Origin: Candidatus Hydrogenedentota bacterium
GTDB taxonomy: Bacteria > Hydrogenedentota > Hydrogenedentia > Hydrogenedentales > SLHB01
DNA: 64,000 bases
Assembly: GCA_963668025.2 (NCBI GenBank)
Contig: CAXXTH010000017.1
Location: forward strand, 192,001 to 256,000
Direction: 5' to 3'
Position numbers and translations under genes: made by a program. This document shows, piece by piece, positions 19,512 to 29,254 of this stretch. The notes under the pieces were generated by a model. That model saw only the letters and a list, made by a program, of their open reading frames with translations. It searched no databases and was not told where the DNA came from. Numbering within the stretch: the stretch's first letter is position 1; every line of letters starts with the position of its first letter.

Positions 19512-21194
19512 GTGAACACGCGCAGTGTGCTTGTCCGGATTCCAGGATATCCATTCCATCCGGCCGCGCTTCAGCCAGATCGCCGTCTTGCTGAGGCCGC
19601 CGCATCCCTGTTCAGCGCTGGCCACGACACCCAAATCCGGGATTTCGGCACGGTAGGCTTAGTGGCGTGCATGTTTCCCGATGAATGGCGCGAGCAAGCC
19701 CGGCAACTGGTGAGCCGTTTTCTACACGAGCGCAGCCAAAATCCCCTGGTGACGTTGCACACCTTGTGGCGGGTCCGTTCACTCGATAAAGTGTTTTGTA
19801 CGCGCCGGATTCAAGTGGCCGTACGCCTGGCGGACGAATTAGCTCTAGAAGGCTCGCCGGATTTTATTTGCTTGTCACTATCGACGCCAGATGATATGGA
19901 GAGCGCGGAGCCCTTTATGAGGCGGTACCGCCAGATTCGCCCTCGAGTGCGCTCCGCGGCGCTTGGCGCTTTGGTGGATACGCACGGCGAGTTGCTGGCG
20001 CGCATGCCGGGGCTATTTGATTGCCTTTTTACGGCGGGCGGCGAATCAAGCCTCCCGGGCTGGGCCGCGCATCTGGATGAACCCGCCATATGGGCAGGCC
20101 TGCCTAATCTCATTTATAACGACAATGGGGCCATCCGCCGCACGCGACACCAAGCGCCAGACTCATCTGGGCCTTTTCCGGCGTATGGCGAGGCGATCTA
20201 TCCGTCATTACATGGCGGCGGGGAGATGAACGCGCTCAAGCTCCGGCTGTTCGAGCTTGAGGAGAGCCGGGGATGCCCGAGGCGCTGTTACGCGTGCCTG
20301 CACGACGCCAGCGAAGATGGGCTGCACGCCAAATCGGCGGCGCGGATCTCGGCGGAAATTCGCACACTTGCCGCGCTGTACGGTGCGCGGGCGTTTCATA
20401 TGCTTCCTTCTCCGCTTGGAGCCGCGCAGGCGGGCGATACCGCTGCGGCCATGCTGCGCCAAGGCCTTGATGCGTCTTATAGCCGGTCTGATCATTTGTG
20501 TTATGCATCCCCGGGGGCGCTTCCCCTGGTTCGCGCCTCGGGCTGCGCCGTAGCCTCCTTTCTCGTGGACACGGGCAGCCAGCGGCTTCAAGAGGATTTA
20601 TATGGGCGTTCGATCACGGTGACGCGCATCGAGGAGCTTCTCAGCCGTTCCGTCGCGGAAGGGCTCTATACCATCGCCCACCTCACGTTTCCCAGTCCGG
20701 CGGATGACGAGCATACCCGCGAGGAGACCTTGCGCCTCCTTGCGCGGACGCGCCCGCATGCCGCAACGGTCGCGCTGCCCCAGTTGTCCCCCCATTCGAC
20801 TTGGCGCAAACAAGCGGTTTCATTTGGTTTTGGTGTGCTCAAGGCCGCGGGCGGCTCCGAATGGGATGGGATGCGCACCCGGTTCCCCTTGCCCCAGGAT
20901 CGCTGGAATCAAACCGCATACCGTATTGGCGGGCTATCCGCAGGGCAGGCGCTGAAGGCCCAGGAAGACATGCTGGAGAGCATTGAAAAGCTGGGCATCC
21001 AAACCACGGTCACGGAACATACCGCGCTCATGGCTTTCATGCTGGGCCATGAAGAAGAAACCGGCTCATTCGCCCAGCATGTCATGCGCGCCTTCTTTAC
21101 GGGAGAAATTGACACCTTGGCCAGTTTGATTCAGGATTTCAATACTGCCGCCACTCATGCCGCATCGGCGTCTGACCCCAAAACCGCCGCGTAA
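19512..21194 (+). CDS. Radical SAM protein with a B12-binding-like N-terminal domain
   Basis: SRGCPRRCYAC (CxxxCxxC), GGE...PNLIY and DTGSQRL motifs. Confidence 0.8.
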   Translation: MNTRSVLVRIPGYPFHPAALQPDRRLAEAAASLFSAGHDTQIRDFGTVGLVACMFPDEWREQARQLVSRFLHERSQNPLVTLHTLWRVRSLDKVFCTRRIQVAVRLADELALEGSPDFICLSLSTPDDMESAEPFMRRYRQIRPRVRSAALGALVDTHGELLARMPGLFDCLFTAGGESSLPGWAAHLDEPAIWAGLPNLIYNDNGAIRRTRHQAPDSSGPFPAYGEAIYPSLHGGGEMNALKLRLFELEESRGCPRRCYACLHDASEDGLHAKSAARISAEIRTLAALYGARAFHMLPSPLGAAQAGDTAAAMLRQGLDASYSRSDHLCYASPGALPLVRASGCAVASFLVDTGSQRLQEDLYGRSITVTRIEELLSRSVAEGLYTIAHLTFPSPADDEHTREETLRLLARTRPHAATVALPQLSPHSTWRKQAVSFGFGVLKAAGGSEWDGMRTRFPLPQDRWNQTAYRIGGLSAGQALKAQEDMLESIEKLGIQTTVTEHTALMAFMLGHEEETGSFAQHVMRAFFTGEIDTLASLIQDFNTAATHAASASDPKTAA

Positions 21195-21477
21195 CCGCTA
21201 TTATGCCGCCCGCTTTACGGTTCCTCCACGGCGGGCATGCCCAGACAGCGATTCCGCAAGGTGGGGCCACGGACCGCATTTTGCTGGGGCAAAGGGCGTT
21301 TTTGAGTACGGAGCAGTTTCGGAAAGACGCCAAGGGCGTTTTTGCCAGGCAGTGGGGCCGCGCCAGAGGGGTCGTATCAGGGGCGGGGGAGTGAAAAGTG
21401 GGCGTAGGAGCAATAGTAGGGCGGTCCGGGTGTTGGCCGGTCGGCTGGGAACGGAGCGGTTGTGGGCTGAGAAGCCG

Positions 21478-22725
21478 CTATGTGGGCGGGCGCAACTGGC
21501 TGTAGAACTCAGCGGCGATGAGTCTAGCGAAGTATAGAGCCGTATGTCCCTGACGAAGTTCGGGTTTGATGTCACGAGTGAGCCAGGCATGGAACAGATT
21601 GTAGGCCAGCATGAGTAGGAGGAGTATCGCCACGATGGCGTTTGGGTCGTGGTGGTAGACGTGGTCGGCGTGCCAAAGTCCGGCCAGTTCGTTGAAGGCG
21701 TGATTTTCGATGTCCCATCGGCCGTGGCCGATAAGCACAATCGCAGTGGTAGTGGCCTTTTGAGCACTCAAACTGGCGGCCCAAAGCCATTCACTGGTGA
21801 GGGTTTGATCTCGCTCTTCCTTTTTGCCTCGTTGACGGCGCACGGTCCATGTCTCGAAGGAGCGCACGACCCGTACCTTGCGTCCGAGCTGGGTCCAGGA
21901 GTCAAAACCCTTTATGTCGTGGCATACGCACTGTCTTTTGCCATAGCTGAAGGGTACAGGATCCGTCTTTCCGGCTTCGAGTAGGGCTCGGAAGTCTTGA
22001 ATCAGGCCGCGGTTCTCATTCTTCAGGACGGCGATGAAATCCTTTTTGTGGTTCAGAATGAGCGTGCATAGGTGGGGATCGAGATACAGCGCGTCGCCCG
22101 CAACCACGTTGAACGCGCGCGGACAAACCTGCAACAGCCGTTTGAGCAGTCGCATGGCGGCGGCGATTTCGCCTTCTCCTTTCTGCTGTAGTTCCAAGTC
22201 CAGCAGCATGCGCCCGCCGTCGCACAAAAGATAGGCCATGACATAGCGGTGGTAGTATTGAGTCCGTTTTTCCCTGCCCTTGCCATAGGTTACTTCGCGT
22301 TCCGAACATTCAGGGCAAGAGCGCAGATAACTGGCGCACATCTCGTGGCCGTCCAAGATGAGCACCTGCAGGTTGCCGGGTAAAGGGCGCAACGTCTTTT
22401 TCCGCTTGCGCTGACGGTAGTGTTCGTATAGCAGCCCGCGCACGGTGTCCAAATCCATCAGGGCCGACACCTCACCCAGACGATCGGCGCTGGGCAGGTT
22501 TCCGTCCATCCAGCCATGCCACCGGCTGCGTTTGGATTCTATGTTCCCAAACGCCTCCTCGACGCCGTTGAAGCTGCCCAGGCGCACGCACAACGTGAAA
22601 AACACCTCCATGACTACCCGCATCGTAGGGATTTCCGGGGCCTTACGCCGGTCCGTAATCCGCCTGAGTTGATTGCGCAGATCGTAGACCTTTTCCCCAT
22701 ATTTAAGAAGGCGACTAAGAATCAG
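21478..22725 (-). CDS. DDE transposase (DDE_Tnp_1-like, ISAs1/IS4-related)
   Basis: LDGH, GEIAAA, AGDALY and RWDIEN motifs. First ATG is 22623, but the frame extends to an SD-preceded CTG at 22725. Confidence 0.88.
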   Translation of the reverse strand: MILSRLLKYGEKVYDLRNQLRRITDRRKAPEIPTMRVVMEVFFTLCVRLGSFNGVEEAFGNIESKRSRWHGWMDGNLPSADRLGEVSALMDLDTVRGLLYEHYRQRKRKKTLRPLPGNLQVLILDGHEMCASYLRSCPECSEREVTYGKGREKRTQYYHRYVMAYLLCDGGRMLLDLELQQKGEGEIAAAMRLLKRLLQVCPRAFNVVAGDALYLDPHLCTLILNHKKDFIAVLKNENRGLIQDFRALLEAGKTDPVPFSYGKRQCVCHDIKGFDSWTQLGRKVRVVRSFETWTVRRQRGKKEERDQTLTSEWLWAASLSAQKATTTAIVLIGHGRWDIENHAFNELAGLWHADHVYHHDPNAIVAILLLLMLAYNLFHAWLTRDIKPELRQGHTALYFARLIAAEFYSQLRPPT

Positions 22726-23050
22726 GCTGTTCCTTAAGCTCCTTGAGCTTCTGCCACGCGTCCTCCGACAGCTTCTCCAGCAATTCCTGCACGGCCTGGT
22801 AGTTCTTCACCCACGCGCGGACCTCTTCCTCCAACGACGGGGGTACAAACATCTGCCGCCGTTTCCCCTTCACCGTACACACCAGATACAGGGCCTGATG
22901 TCTTTCCCCTTTGGCGCAGCGGCACCCTGCTTTACCGCAGGTGACCGAGCGCGGATTGAGCGTGGCTCGAATCAGGGGGCGTTCGTGAACCAACTGCGCC
23001 AAACGGGACTGAAATTGGCGCTCTTGGGTGGACATTTGTATACGCGACAT
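22715..23050 (-). CDS. IS accessory protein, DUF6788-like, with putative Zn-binding motif
   Basis: CGKAGCRCAKGERH; GGAGG SD before the ATG (MSRIQM). Confidence 0.82.
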   Translation of the reverse strand: MSRIQMSTQERQFQSRLAQLVHERPLIRATLNPRSVTCGKAGCRCAKGERHQALYLVCTVKGKRRQMFVPPSLEEEVRAWVKNYQAVQELLEKLSEDAWQKLKELKEQPDS

Positions 23051-23161
23051 GCGACCTCCATCTTGTACCCTTATAATATACAAGACATAAGCCAAAAGTC
23101 AAGGTCAAAGATGAATGCGAATCTGATCGGGAAAAGGTGAGCCCGCCTAAGCCCGCCGCTC

Positions 23162-24604
23162 CTAAGAACTTACCCCCTCACACAAACCCTCGCTTGCGGA
23201 ATCGCTGATGCCCAGGCGGCAAACGGCCTCGGGCGTGATGAGGGCGTCAAAGGCGTCTTCAGCAAGGATTCCCTCTTCCAATACCAGTTGCCGGATGCTT
23301 CGATTTGAAGCCGCGGCGCGTTCAGCGATACTGCCTGCGGCGGCGTAGCCCAGGACGGGCACGAGGGCCGTGGCGGTAGCGGTCGAGGCCTCGACATGGG
23401 CGCGGCATCGGGTTTCATTGGCTTCCATGCCTTCGATGCAATACCGGCGCAAGATATTGCACGCTCCCGCGAGTAGCTGGCAACTATCGAGCAGGCACAT
23501 GGCCACCAGCGGCAGAAATGCGTTCAATTCGAGATTGCCCTGAGAACAGGCGAAGGCGATGGTTTGGTTATGGCCCATGACGAGCATGGCGGCTTGGCTG
23601 GCCGCCTCGGGTATGACGGGGTTCACCTTGCCCGGCATGATCGAGGAGCCCGCCTGGCGCGCGGGCAGCCGCAGCTCGCCAAAACCCGCTTCCGGCCCCG
23701 AGGAAAGCAGGCGCAGGTCCGTACAGACTTTTAGGAGTGTGGCGGCGCACGCGTTGAGAATGCCCGAAACCTCGACGAACACATCCGCATTCTGCGTCGC
23801 TTCGACAAGGTTCTCCGCGCGGGCGAAACCAATGCCCGTGCAATCGCGCAAAGCGTCCACGACCCGGAAAATATACTGCCGGGGCGCGGCGAGGCCCGTC
23901 CCGATAGCCGTGCCGCCCAGGTTGACGACGCGCAGGCGTTCTTCGCACTTATAAATGCGCCACCGGTCGCGGCTGAAGGCTTCGGCATAAGCGCCCATCT
24001 CGCGCCCGAGCGTGGTCAGCACCGCATCTTGCAGTTGCGTGCGGCCTACTTTGACAATATGGGCGAATGCCTTTTCCTTGGTTTGGAATGCTTCCTGCAA
24101 GGCCACAACACGCTCTTCGAGGATATACAGGAGCCGGATCGCCGCGAGTTTGAGGGCGGTGGGATAGGTATCGTTGGTGGATTGATGGCGGTTCACATCG
24201 CCAATAGGGGAAACGCAGCCATACGCTCCATGCGGTTCGCCCAGCATTTCCAGCGCACGATTGGCGATGACTTCGTTCACGTTCATATTGAGGCTAGTGC
24301 CCGCGCCGCCTTGGAGGGGATCCACGGCAATGTCCTCATCGAGCAAACCATCGGCCATTTCCTGGCAAGCCCGCAGCAGGGCATCCGCTTTGGCCGTATC
24401 CTCACGCCATACGCCGAGTCCATGGTTAGTTCGGGCGCACGCCAGTTTTACGAACCCATACGCCCGAATGAGTTCGGGATGTACGCGGCGGCCCGTGAGC
24501 GGGAAATTATCGAGCGCCCGCGCGGTATGCACCCCATATCGTTTCGCCTTCGGCACGCTCACTTCGCCCAAGGCGTCTCGTTCGACTCGGAATCCACCTA
24601 TCAT
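23162..24604 (-). CDS. aspA: Aspartate ammonia-lyase (fumarase class II superfamily); last 15 aa derive from the IS
   Basis: QGGAGTSLNMNVNE, QSTND, GRTQLQDA and GSSIMPGKVNPV motifs. Confidence 0.92.
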   Translation of the reverse strand: MIGGFRVERDALGEVSVPKAKRYGVHTARALDNFPLTGRRVHPELIRAYGFVKLACARTNHGLGVWREDTAKADALLRACQEMADGLLDEDIAVDPLQGGAGTSLNMNVNEVIANRALEMLGEPHGAYGCVSPIGDVNRHQSTNDTYPTALKLAAIRLLYILEERVVALQEAFQTKEKAFAHIVKVGRTQLQDAVLTTLGREMGAYAEAFSRDRWRIYKCEERLRVVNLGGTAIGTGLAAPRQYIFRVVDALRDCTGIGFARAENLVEATQNADVFVEVSGILNACAATLLKVCTDLRLLSSGPEAGFGELRLPARQAGSSIMPGKVNPVIPEAASQAAMLVMGHNQTIAFACSQGNLELNAFLPLVAMCLLDSCQLLAGACNILRRYCIEGMEANETRCRAHVEASTATATALVPVLGYAAAGSIAERAAASNRSIRQLVLEEGILAEDAFDALITPEAVCRLGISDSASEGLCEGVSS

Positions 24605-24845
24605 AGCTGCTCCCATTGGCGCACTCCGTGCGCATGGGCTTGATTATGGCACAGAGGCATGCCTGTTTTCGCACCGCATGCTCGGCATATGGCCGCCACA
24701 TGACCGAATACAATAAGAAACCTTGTATATGCGGCCAATGTCAAGGGAACAATCCAGGAAACCGGGACAACTCAGGGACGCACGCCAATGCCGGCCCGAA
24801 ATGCTCCGCACAGAGTGCCAGCGGCTTCCCCACATAGCATAAAGA

Positions 24846-24884
24846 AAAAGCCCCAAGGACCGTATTTTATAAGTCCTTGGGGCT
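24846..24884 (-). terminator. Intrinsic terminator following the displaced tRNA 3' end
   Basis: AGCCCCAAGGAC...GTCCTTGGGGCT hairpin with a flanking A-run (U-tail on the minus strand). Confidence 0.7.
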
Positions 24885-24891
24885 ATTGACA

Positions 24892-24945
24892 TTATATGGT
24901 GCCGGTGCACGGATTCGAACCGCGGACACGTGGATTATGATTCCA
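24892..24945 (-). repeat. att site: duplicated 3' end of tRNA-Met
   Basis: 54 bp identical to 30867-30920. Confidence 0.96.
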
Positions 24946-25073
24946 TATTTGCCGGTAATTTCGAGAAACATTAGGCTATATTAATACATGCGGTAAGCGC
25001 TAATATTATTGGTGTTTTTGCGTTTTTTACATTCCTTGTTGACTCTATGAATTTCCCGTGATATATTTCCGTT

Positions 25074-25094
25074 GGATCCCCGGTGGATCCCCAG
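25074..25094 (+). repeat. Putative integrase arm-type site (GGATCCCC x2)
   Basis: GGATCCCCGGTGGATCCCCAG is repeated exactly at 30786-30806 near the other att. Confidence 0.7.
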
Positions 25095-25109
25095 AAAGGA
25101 AGGCATGTC

Positions 25110-26399
25110 ATGGCGCGCGTAAAATTGACGGCAAAGGTAGTCGATGCCACCAAGCCTAAAAGCAGGGAATACAGCATACCGGATACAGAACAAAAAGGGC
25201 TTGTGCTTCGTGTTCGGCCATCCGGGGAGAAAACCTATTGCTTGCTCTATCGAAATGGGCAAGGACAGCGAAAGCGCTACACTATCGGCAATGTGGACAA
25301 ATACACTTTGACTCAGGCCCGCGCCGCCGCCACCCAGCAACTAGGCAAGATTGCATTAGGTACGGATGTACAGGAAGAACGAAAAGAAGCCCGCCAAGAG
25401 CGCCACACGCTAGAAAGCTTCATCACCCAAGTATACGCCCCATGGGCAAGCGCGAACCGGAAAGCAGGTGCGCACACCGCCCGCCGTGTGCTTCGAGCGT
25501 TCAAGTCCTTGCTTGATCTCGAACTGGCAACGATCACCCCGTGGCATATCGAGAAATGGCGGAGCGCCCGGACCCAGGACAGTGGCCGCCGTTCGCATGG
25601 CAACCGGGATATTGCCTGTCTGAAATCTGTTTTCAGCAAGGCCAAAGAATGGGGCTGTATCAGCGAGAGCCCGATCCGGGATGTGCGCCTTGCCCGGCAA
25701 GATAAGAGCATAGCCGTCAAGATCCGCATTCTTAGCCCAGAGGAAGAGGCCCGCCTTTGGGATGTCCTATTCGAGCGGGAAAAGCAGATACGCCACCACC
25801 GCGCCTCACATAACTTGTGGCTCCGTTCCCGAAAACTTGAAGAGCGCCAAGACCTAGATAAGTGCATGTTCGCGGACTGGCTCCGCCCTATGCTGACGAT
25901 CATGCTTCATTGCGGATTGCGCCGAAGCGAAGCCTTTCTCATTCAATGGGGCGATGTGGATTTTCAGACAGGTATGCTAATCATCCGGGGCGAGATCGCC
26001 AAGAGTGGACAGACCCGCGTGATTCCATTGAATGCCGCCGCCTTAGAATGTTTCAAGGCATGGCGTGCCCAGAGTCCCGGAGCGGATGGCTCCGTTGTGT
26101 TCCCAAACCCAGAAACGAGGCTTCCCTTCACCACGATCACCAAGACGTGGCATGAAGTACGCAAGGCCGCCGGACTGCCCGCCCTACGGCTTCATGATTT
26201 GCGGCATACGTTTTGTAGCCGCCTCTTGGCCGCCGGTGCGGACTTGCAGACCGTTCGAGAGCTTGCAGGACACACAAGCATATCCACGACGGCAATATAT
26301 TTGCACAGCACCCAGGACAGGAAGCGCGCCGCCGTGGAACTGCTAGGCCGCCCCTCGAACGTGATATCCCTCGATACCCACCGGGAAGGCTGTGCATGA
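25110..26399 (+). CDS. Tyrosine integrase with P4-like arm-binding domain
   Basis: N-terminal GLVLRVRPSGEKTY; catalytic GLRRSE, HDLRH and GH...TTAIY intact. Confidence 0.96.
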   Translation: MARVKLTAKVVDATKPKSREYSIPDTEQKGLVLRVRPSGEKTYCLLYRNGQGQRKRYTIGNVDKYTLTQARAAATQQLGKIALGTDVQEERKEARQERHTLESFITQVYAPWASANRKAGAHTARRVLRAFKSLLDLELATITPWHIEKWRSARTQDSGRRSHGNRDIACLKSVFSKAKEWGCISESPIRDVRLARQDKSIAVKIRILSPEEEARLWDVLFEREKQIRHHRASHNLWLRSRKLEERQDLDKCMFADWLRPMLTIMLHCGLRRSEAFLIQWGDVDFQTGMLIIRGEIAKSGQTRVIPLNAAALECFKAWRAQSPGADGSVVFPNPETRLPFTTITKTWHEVRKAAGLPALRLHDLRHTFCSRLLAAGADLQTVRELAGHTSISTTAIYLHSTQDRKRAAVELLGRPSNVISLDTHREGCA

Positions 26400-26516
26400 G
26401 CGCCAACACCCCGCATGAGGCCGCGCTAAGCGCCGCGAACGCCCCGCAAGCCGATAATCATACACGAAACGCCCTTGCTTCGATTGCGGGGCATCCTAGG
26501 CCGCCTCTTGGCCATC

Positions 26517-26545
26517 TTGACACGTGAGTAACAATAGGATATTAT
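26517..26545 (+). promoter_or_regulatory. Sigma70 promoter within the integrative element
   Basis: TTGACA-17 bp-TATTAT. Confidence 0.7.
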
Positions 26546-26658
26546 TAGTATGACTTTAGGGTAGCCGAAGCCGATTGCAACGGCCCGGCGCACGTGGGAG
26601 CTTTCGTGGTTCTGTCCTTCTGCGAGGCTTCTCACGGCCCTAAAAAAAGGACACAATC

Positions 26659-27339
26659 ATGAAGCAATGGGTTCAGTTCTTCCCTGACGGTAAGTTTATT
26701 GGTCTGCGCGTTGACGGCGATGAGCGGACCGTCACTATACAGCGGGATTTAGAGAGGAAACTTCGTGCTGCGTTTGATTCGTTGGATTACTCAATAATTC
26801 TCAGTCTAGCCCAGAAAGAATACCCCATTTTCGGCATCGGCGATTTACCAGATCCTACACCAATCGATCACGCAATTGCCTGGCTATCTCTTTTTGCACC
26901 CCCAGATCAACGCGCCGCATCTATTCCTGTACTTTGCAATGCGTTTAAAGATGCGGTTTTTGATTTTCGAATCACTCTTTTGCCCAAAGAAGACAAGTTT
27001 TTCGTCCGACTTGCTCTTTTACGTGATGCAAAAGATATGCTTATCGCAAGACTAAAAGAGGAAAGCATCCAAGCCCTTGCCCCGGCGCGCCCGTGGAAAC
27101 CTGGCGATGAATATACACCGGATGGCCGCCTTCTGAATGATCGGGAGCTTGCAGTCATGAAGATTATTGCAAGACATAAAGGTATCAAAATGGATTCCTT
27201 GCTTGAGGAACTGAGCGAGCTTATCGATTGGCAACCGGACGCCAGCACGGTTAAGGCTGCAATCAAGCGCCTTCGAGCGGACGGGATCCCGATTCGCAAT
27301 GATGGCGGAAAGCATTCGGCAGGTTACTACCTAAGCTGA
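26659..27339 (+). CDS. Hypothetical protein with C-terminal winged HTH
   Basis: C-terminus DASTVKAAIKRLRADGIPI...GYYL; SD AAGGA. Confidence 0.8.
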   Translation: MKQWVQFFPDGKFIGLRVDGDERTVTIQRDLERKLRAAFDSLDYSIILSLAQKEYPIFGIGDLPDPTPIDHAIAWLSLFAPPDQRAASIPVLCNAFKDAVFDFRITLLPKEDKFFVRLALLRDAKDMLIARLKEESIQALAPARPWKPGDEYTPDGRLLNDRELAVMKIIARHKGIKMDSLLEELSELIDWQPDASTVKAAIKRLRADGIPIRNDGGKHSAGYYLS

Positions 27340-27446
27340 CTTTTACACTACTTTTAACATGCCTGATAAAGCAGTAATGGCGTGTAAGCTATCTCTATAG
27401 TCAATCCGCGATGGTGCGGAACAAACGAATGGAGATAGCCAAAAAA

Positions 27447-27653
27447 ATGGACAACAACACCCCCCGCCTAGTAAACGAACAAGACGCCGCCCAGATCCTT
27501 GGACTCAGCCCCCGAACGCTCCGCAAGGCCCGGTGTACCGGAGCACTTCCGAACGGAATCCCGGAACTGCCGTTCTACAAAATCGGGAAGGCCATCCGCT
27601 ACGATGTGAACGAGCTTGCCGCCATCGTGGCCGCGTGCCGGGTGTGTCGATAG
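27447..27653 (+). CDS. Excisionase/AlpA-like small HTH protein
   Basis: LVNEQDAAQILGLSPRTLR...PFYKIGKAIRY. Start could be 27411 or 27429. Confidence 0.88.
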   Translation: MDNNTPRLVNEQDAAQILGLSPRTLRKARCTGALPNGIPELPFYKIGKAIRYDVNELAAIVAACRVCR

Positions 27654-28154
27654 ATGCGCGCCCGAAACCTCAAGCCAGCACTATTTGTGAATGAGGATCT
27701 AGTGCAATGCTCGATACCCGCTAGATACCTTTTCACTGGTTTGTGGTGTATGGCGGACAATCGCGGATACCTCGAAGATAGACCGCTTAGAATTGCAGCC
27801 ACGATATATCCCTATGACCGCGATGTAAACGTTGATCAGCTATTGACGGAATTAGCGGATCATGGCTTCGTGGAACGGTTTGAATTCGACGGAATTAAGA
27901 TAATTTGGATTCCCAAATTCCACAAGCATCAGCGACCGCATGCGAATGAAAAAAGCTACGGCCTTGCGCTCAGTCCAAACGATTCGGAAAAAAGTCCGAA
28001 CCACTCGGGAAAAAGTCCGGACCATTCGGATATGTATGATGAAAGATTAGATCATGTCCCATGTCCCCCCCTTTCTGGATCTGGAAGGCAAGGGGAGCCT
28101 ATGCCGCGCCTCTTGAAGAAACCGCTGGACTTGGGAGCATTCGCGGATGAATAG
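27654..28154 (+). CDS. Phage replication-initiator-like protein (N-terminal wHTH) with internal iteron-like repeats
   Basis: MRARNLKPALF...ARYLFTGLWCMADNRG...FHKHQRPH resembles phage replisome-organiser N-termini. Confidence 0.72.
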   Translation: MRARNLKPALFVNEDLVQCSIPARYLFTGLWCMADNRGYLEDRPLRIAATIYPYDRDVNVDQLLTELADHGFVERFEFDGIKIIWIPKFHKHQRPHANEKSYGLALSPNDSEKSPNHSGKSPDHSDMYDERLDHVPCPPLSGSGRQGEPMPRLLKKPLDLGAFADE

Positions 28155-28641
28155 CACAGCCCCCATAGGCCAAAGCTTTCAGCGAGCACTTGATCGCCTC
28201 GAAGCCGCTATGCAGGCCCGAAGCAGCGAAGAGCGAACCCAGGCCGAAGAATCATATCGTCAATGGGAAGCGGAGCACGAAGCCAGCCTGAAGCATTTTG
28301 AGCAATGGTATGCAAGCCGCACGCCCGAAGATACCGCCGAAACCAAACCCAAACACGCCCCACGCAAGGAGCCCGAACATATCAGCGAATTCCGCGCCGA
28401 AGTGAAAGCCGCTGGCGTTTCTGAGCAAGCGCTTGTAACGGCCATTGTGAAAGCCGTACGAAGCTATTACATGCTCCCAAACGGCGATTACCATACAAAG
28501 AAGGTCGAACGATGTGTACAGAGGCAAGGTATAGAAGAAACACTCGAAGCCACATTGAGCCTCTTGAGAATTCAGGATATCAATAGCGTTCATGACGTTT
28601 GGAGCCTACTTGAATTCAAGGCTAAAGCATTAAGTGACTAG
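28147..28641 (+). CDS. Hypothetical protein
   Basis: 164 aa; overlaps both neighbours, consistent with translational coupling. Confidence 0.65.
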   Translation: MNSTAPIGQSFQRALDRLEAAMQARSSEERTQAEESYRQWEAEHEASLKHFEQWYASRTPEDTAETKPKHAPRKEPEHISEFRAEVKAAGVSEQALVTAIVKAVRSYYMLPNGDYHTKKVERCVQRQGIEETLEATLSLLRIQDINSVHDVWSLLEFKAKALSD

Positions 28642-29254
28642 CACGCCGGTTATCGGAATTGATGCCGATTCATGCGCGCTCGCATGGAGCTTGTGGCGCA
28701 ACGGCAAGATTGAATCCGCCGGGACAATTCGACGCGCAGATGCAAAAGGTAAAATCTATCCCGCGTATGATTCAGCCCTTGCCACCTTCATGGAGCGCGC
28801 CCAGGCCATACGCGCCACCGTATACGCTGAAGGAATCTTTCTTGCCGAAACCAAAGGCCGCGCTACACCGCGAAATGTGCAAGCCTTCCTGAAACTGGCG
28901 CATGTCCAAGCGGAGCTATTGCAGGCCGCCCGCGTTCATAGGGTGCGTATCGAGTGTGTATCTCCCAACACATGGCATGCCGCCATACTGAGCTTCACTA
29001 CAGACAGGCCGCGCCTTAAAACAGCCGCCCGCGACTTGGCCGAAATGCACTTGCCTAATCGCGAGATAAGCCAGCATGAAGCTGATGCACTGTGCATCTG
29101 TCTTTACGGAGTTTCGCAACACACAAACCACTTTACACCCGGAGCAATCCGGATAGCACCCCCGTGTTCCGCGCCGCCCCCCCAAAACAAAAGGTACTGT
29201 ACTAGCGGGAAGATACCAGGCAGGTCAGGCATCGACCAAGAAGCTGCACATTGA
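28634..29254 (+). CDS. RuvC-like (RNase H fold) nuclease/resolvase
   Basis: VIGID, VYAEG, VSPNTW and HEADA match the RuvC catalytic layout. Confidence 0.8.
   Translation: MTSTPVIGIDADSCALAWSLWRNGKIESAGTIRRADAKGKIYPAYDSALATFMERAQAIRATVYAEGIFLAETKGRATPRNVQAFLKLAHVQAELLQAARVHRVRIECVSPNTWHAAILSFTTDRPRLKTAARDLAEMHLPNREISQHEADALCICLYGVSQHTNHFTPGAIRIAPPCSAPPPQNKRYCTSGKIPGRSGIDQEAAH

Larger units (their letters stand above)
21246..23207 (-). mobile_element. Two-gene IS (element A), 1962 bp, inserted in the aspA 3' end
   Basis: Perfect 15-bp TIRs CAGCGATTCCGCAAG / CTTGCGGAATCGCTG; 9-bp TSD ATGCCCAGA (21237-21245) / ATGCCCAGG (23208-23216). Confidence 0.92.

Noticed and set aside
24897-24945. A second tRNA gene
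   Set aside because: Only the 3' 49 nt are present, with no D-arm or 5' acceptor strand; it is the att duplication.
28634-29254. TnpB/Cas12-like RNA-guided nuclease
   Set aside because: Only 206 aa with a contiguous RuvC-resolvase layout; no Zn finger or WED/REC regions and no IS200/605 ends.
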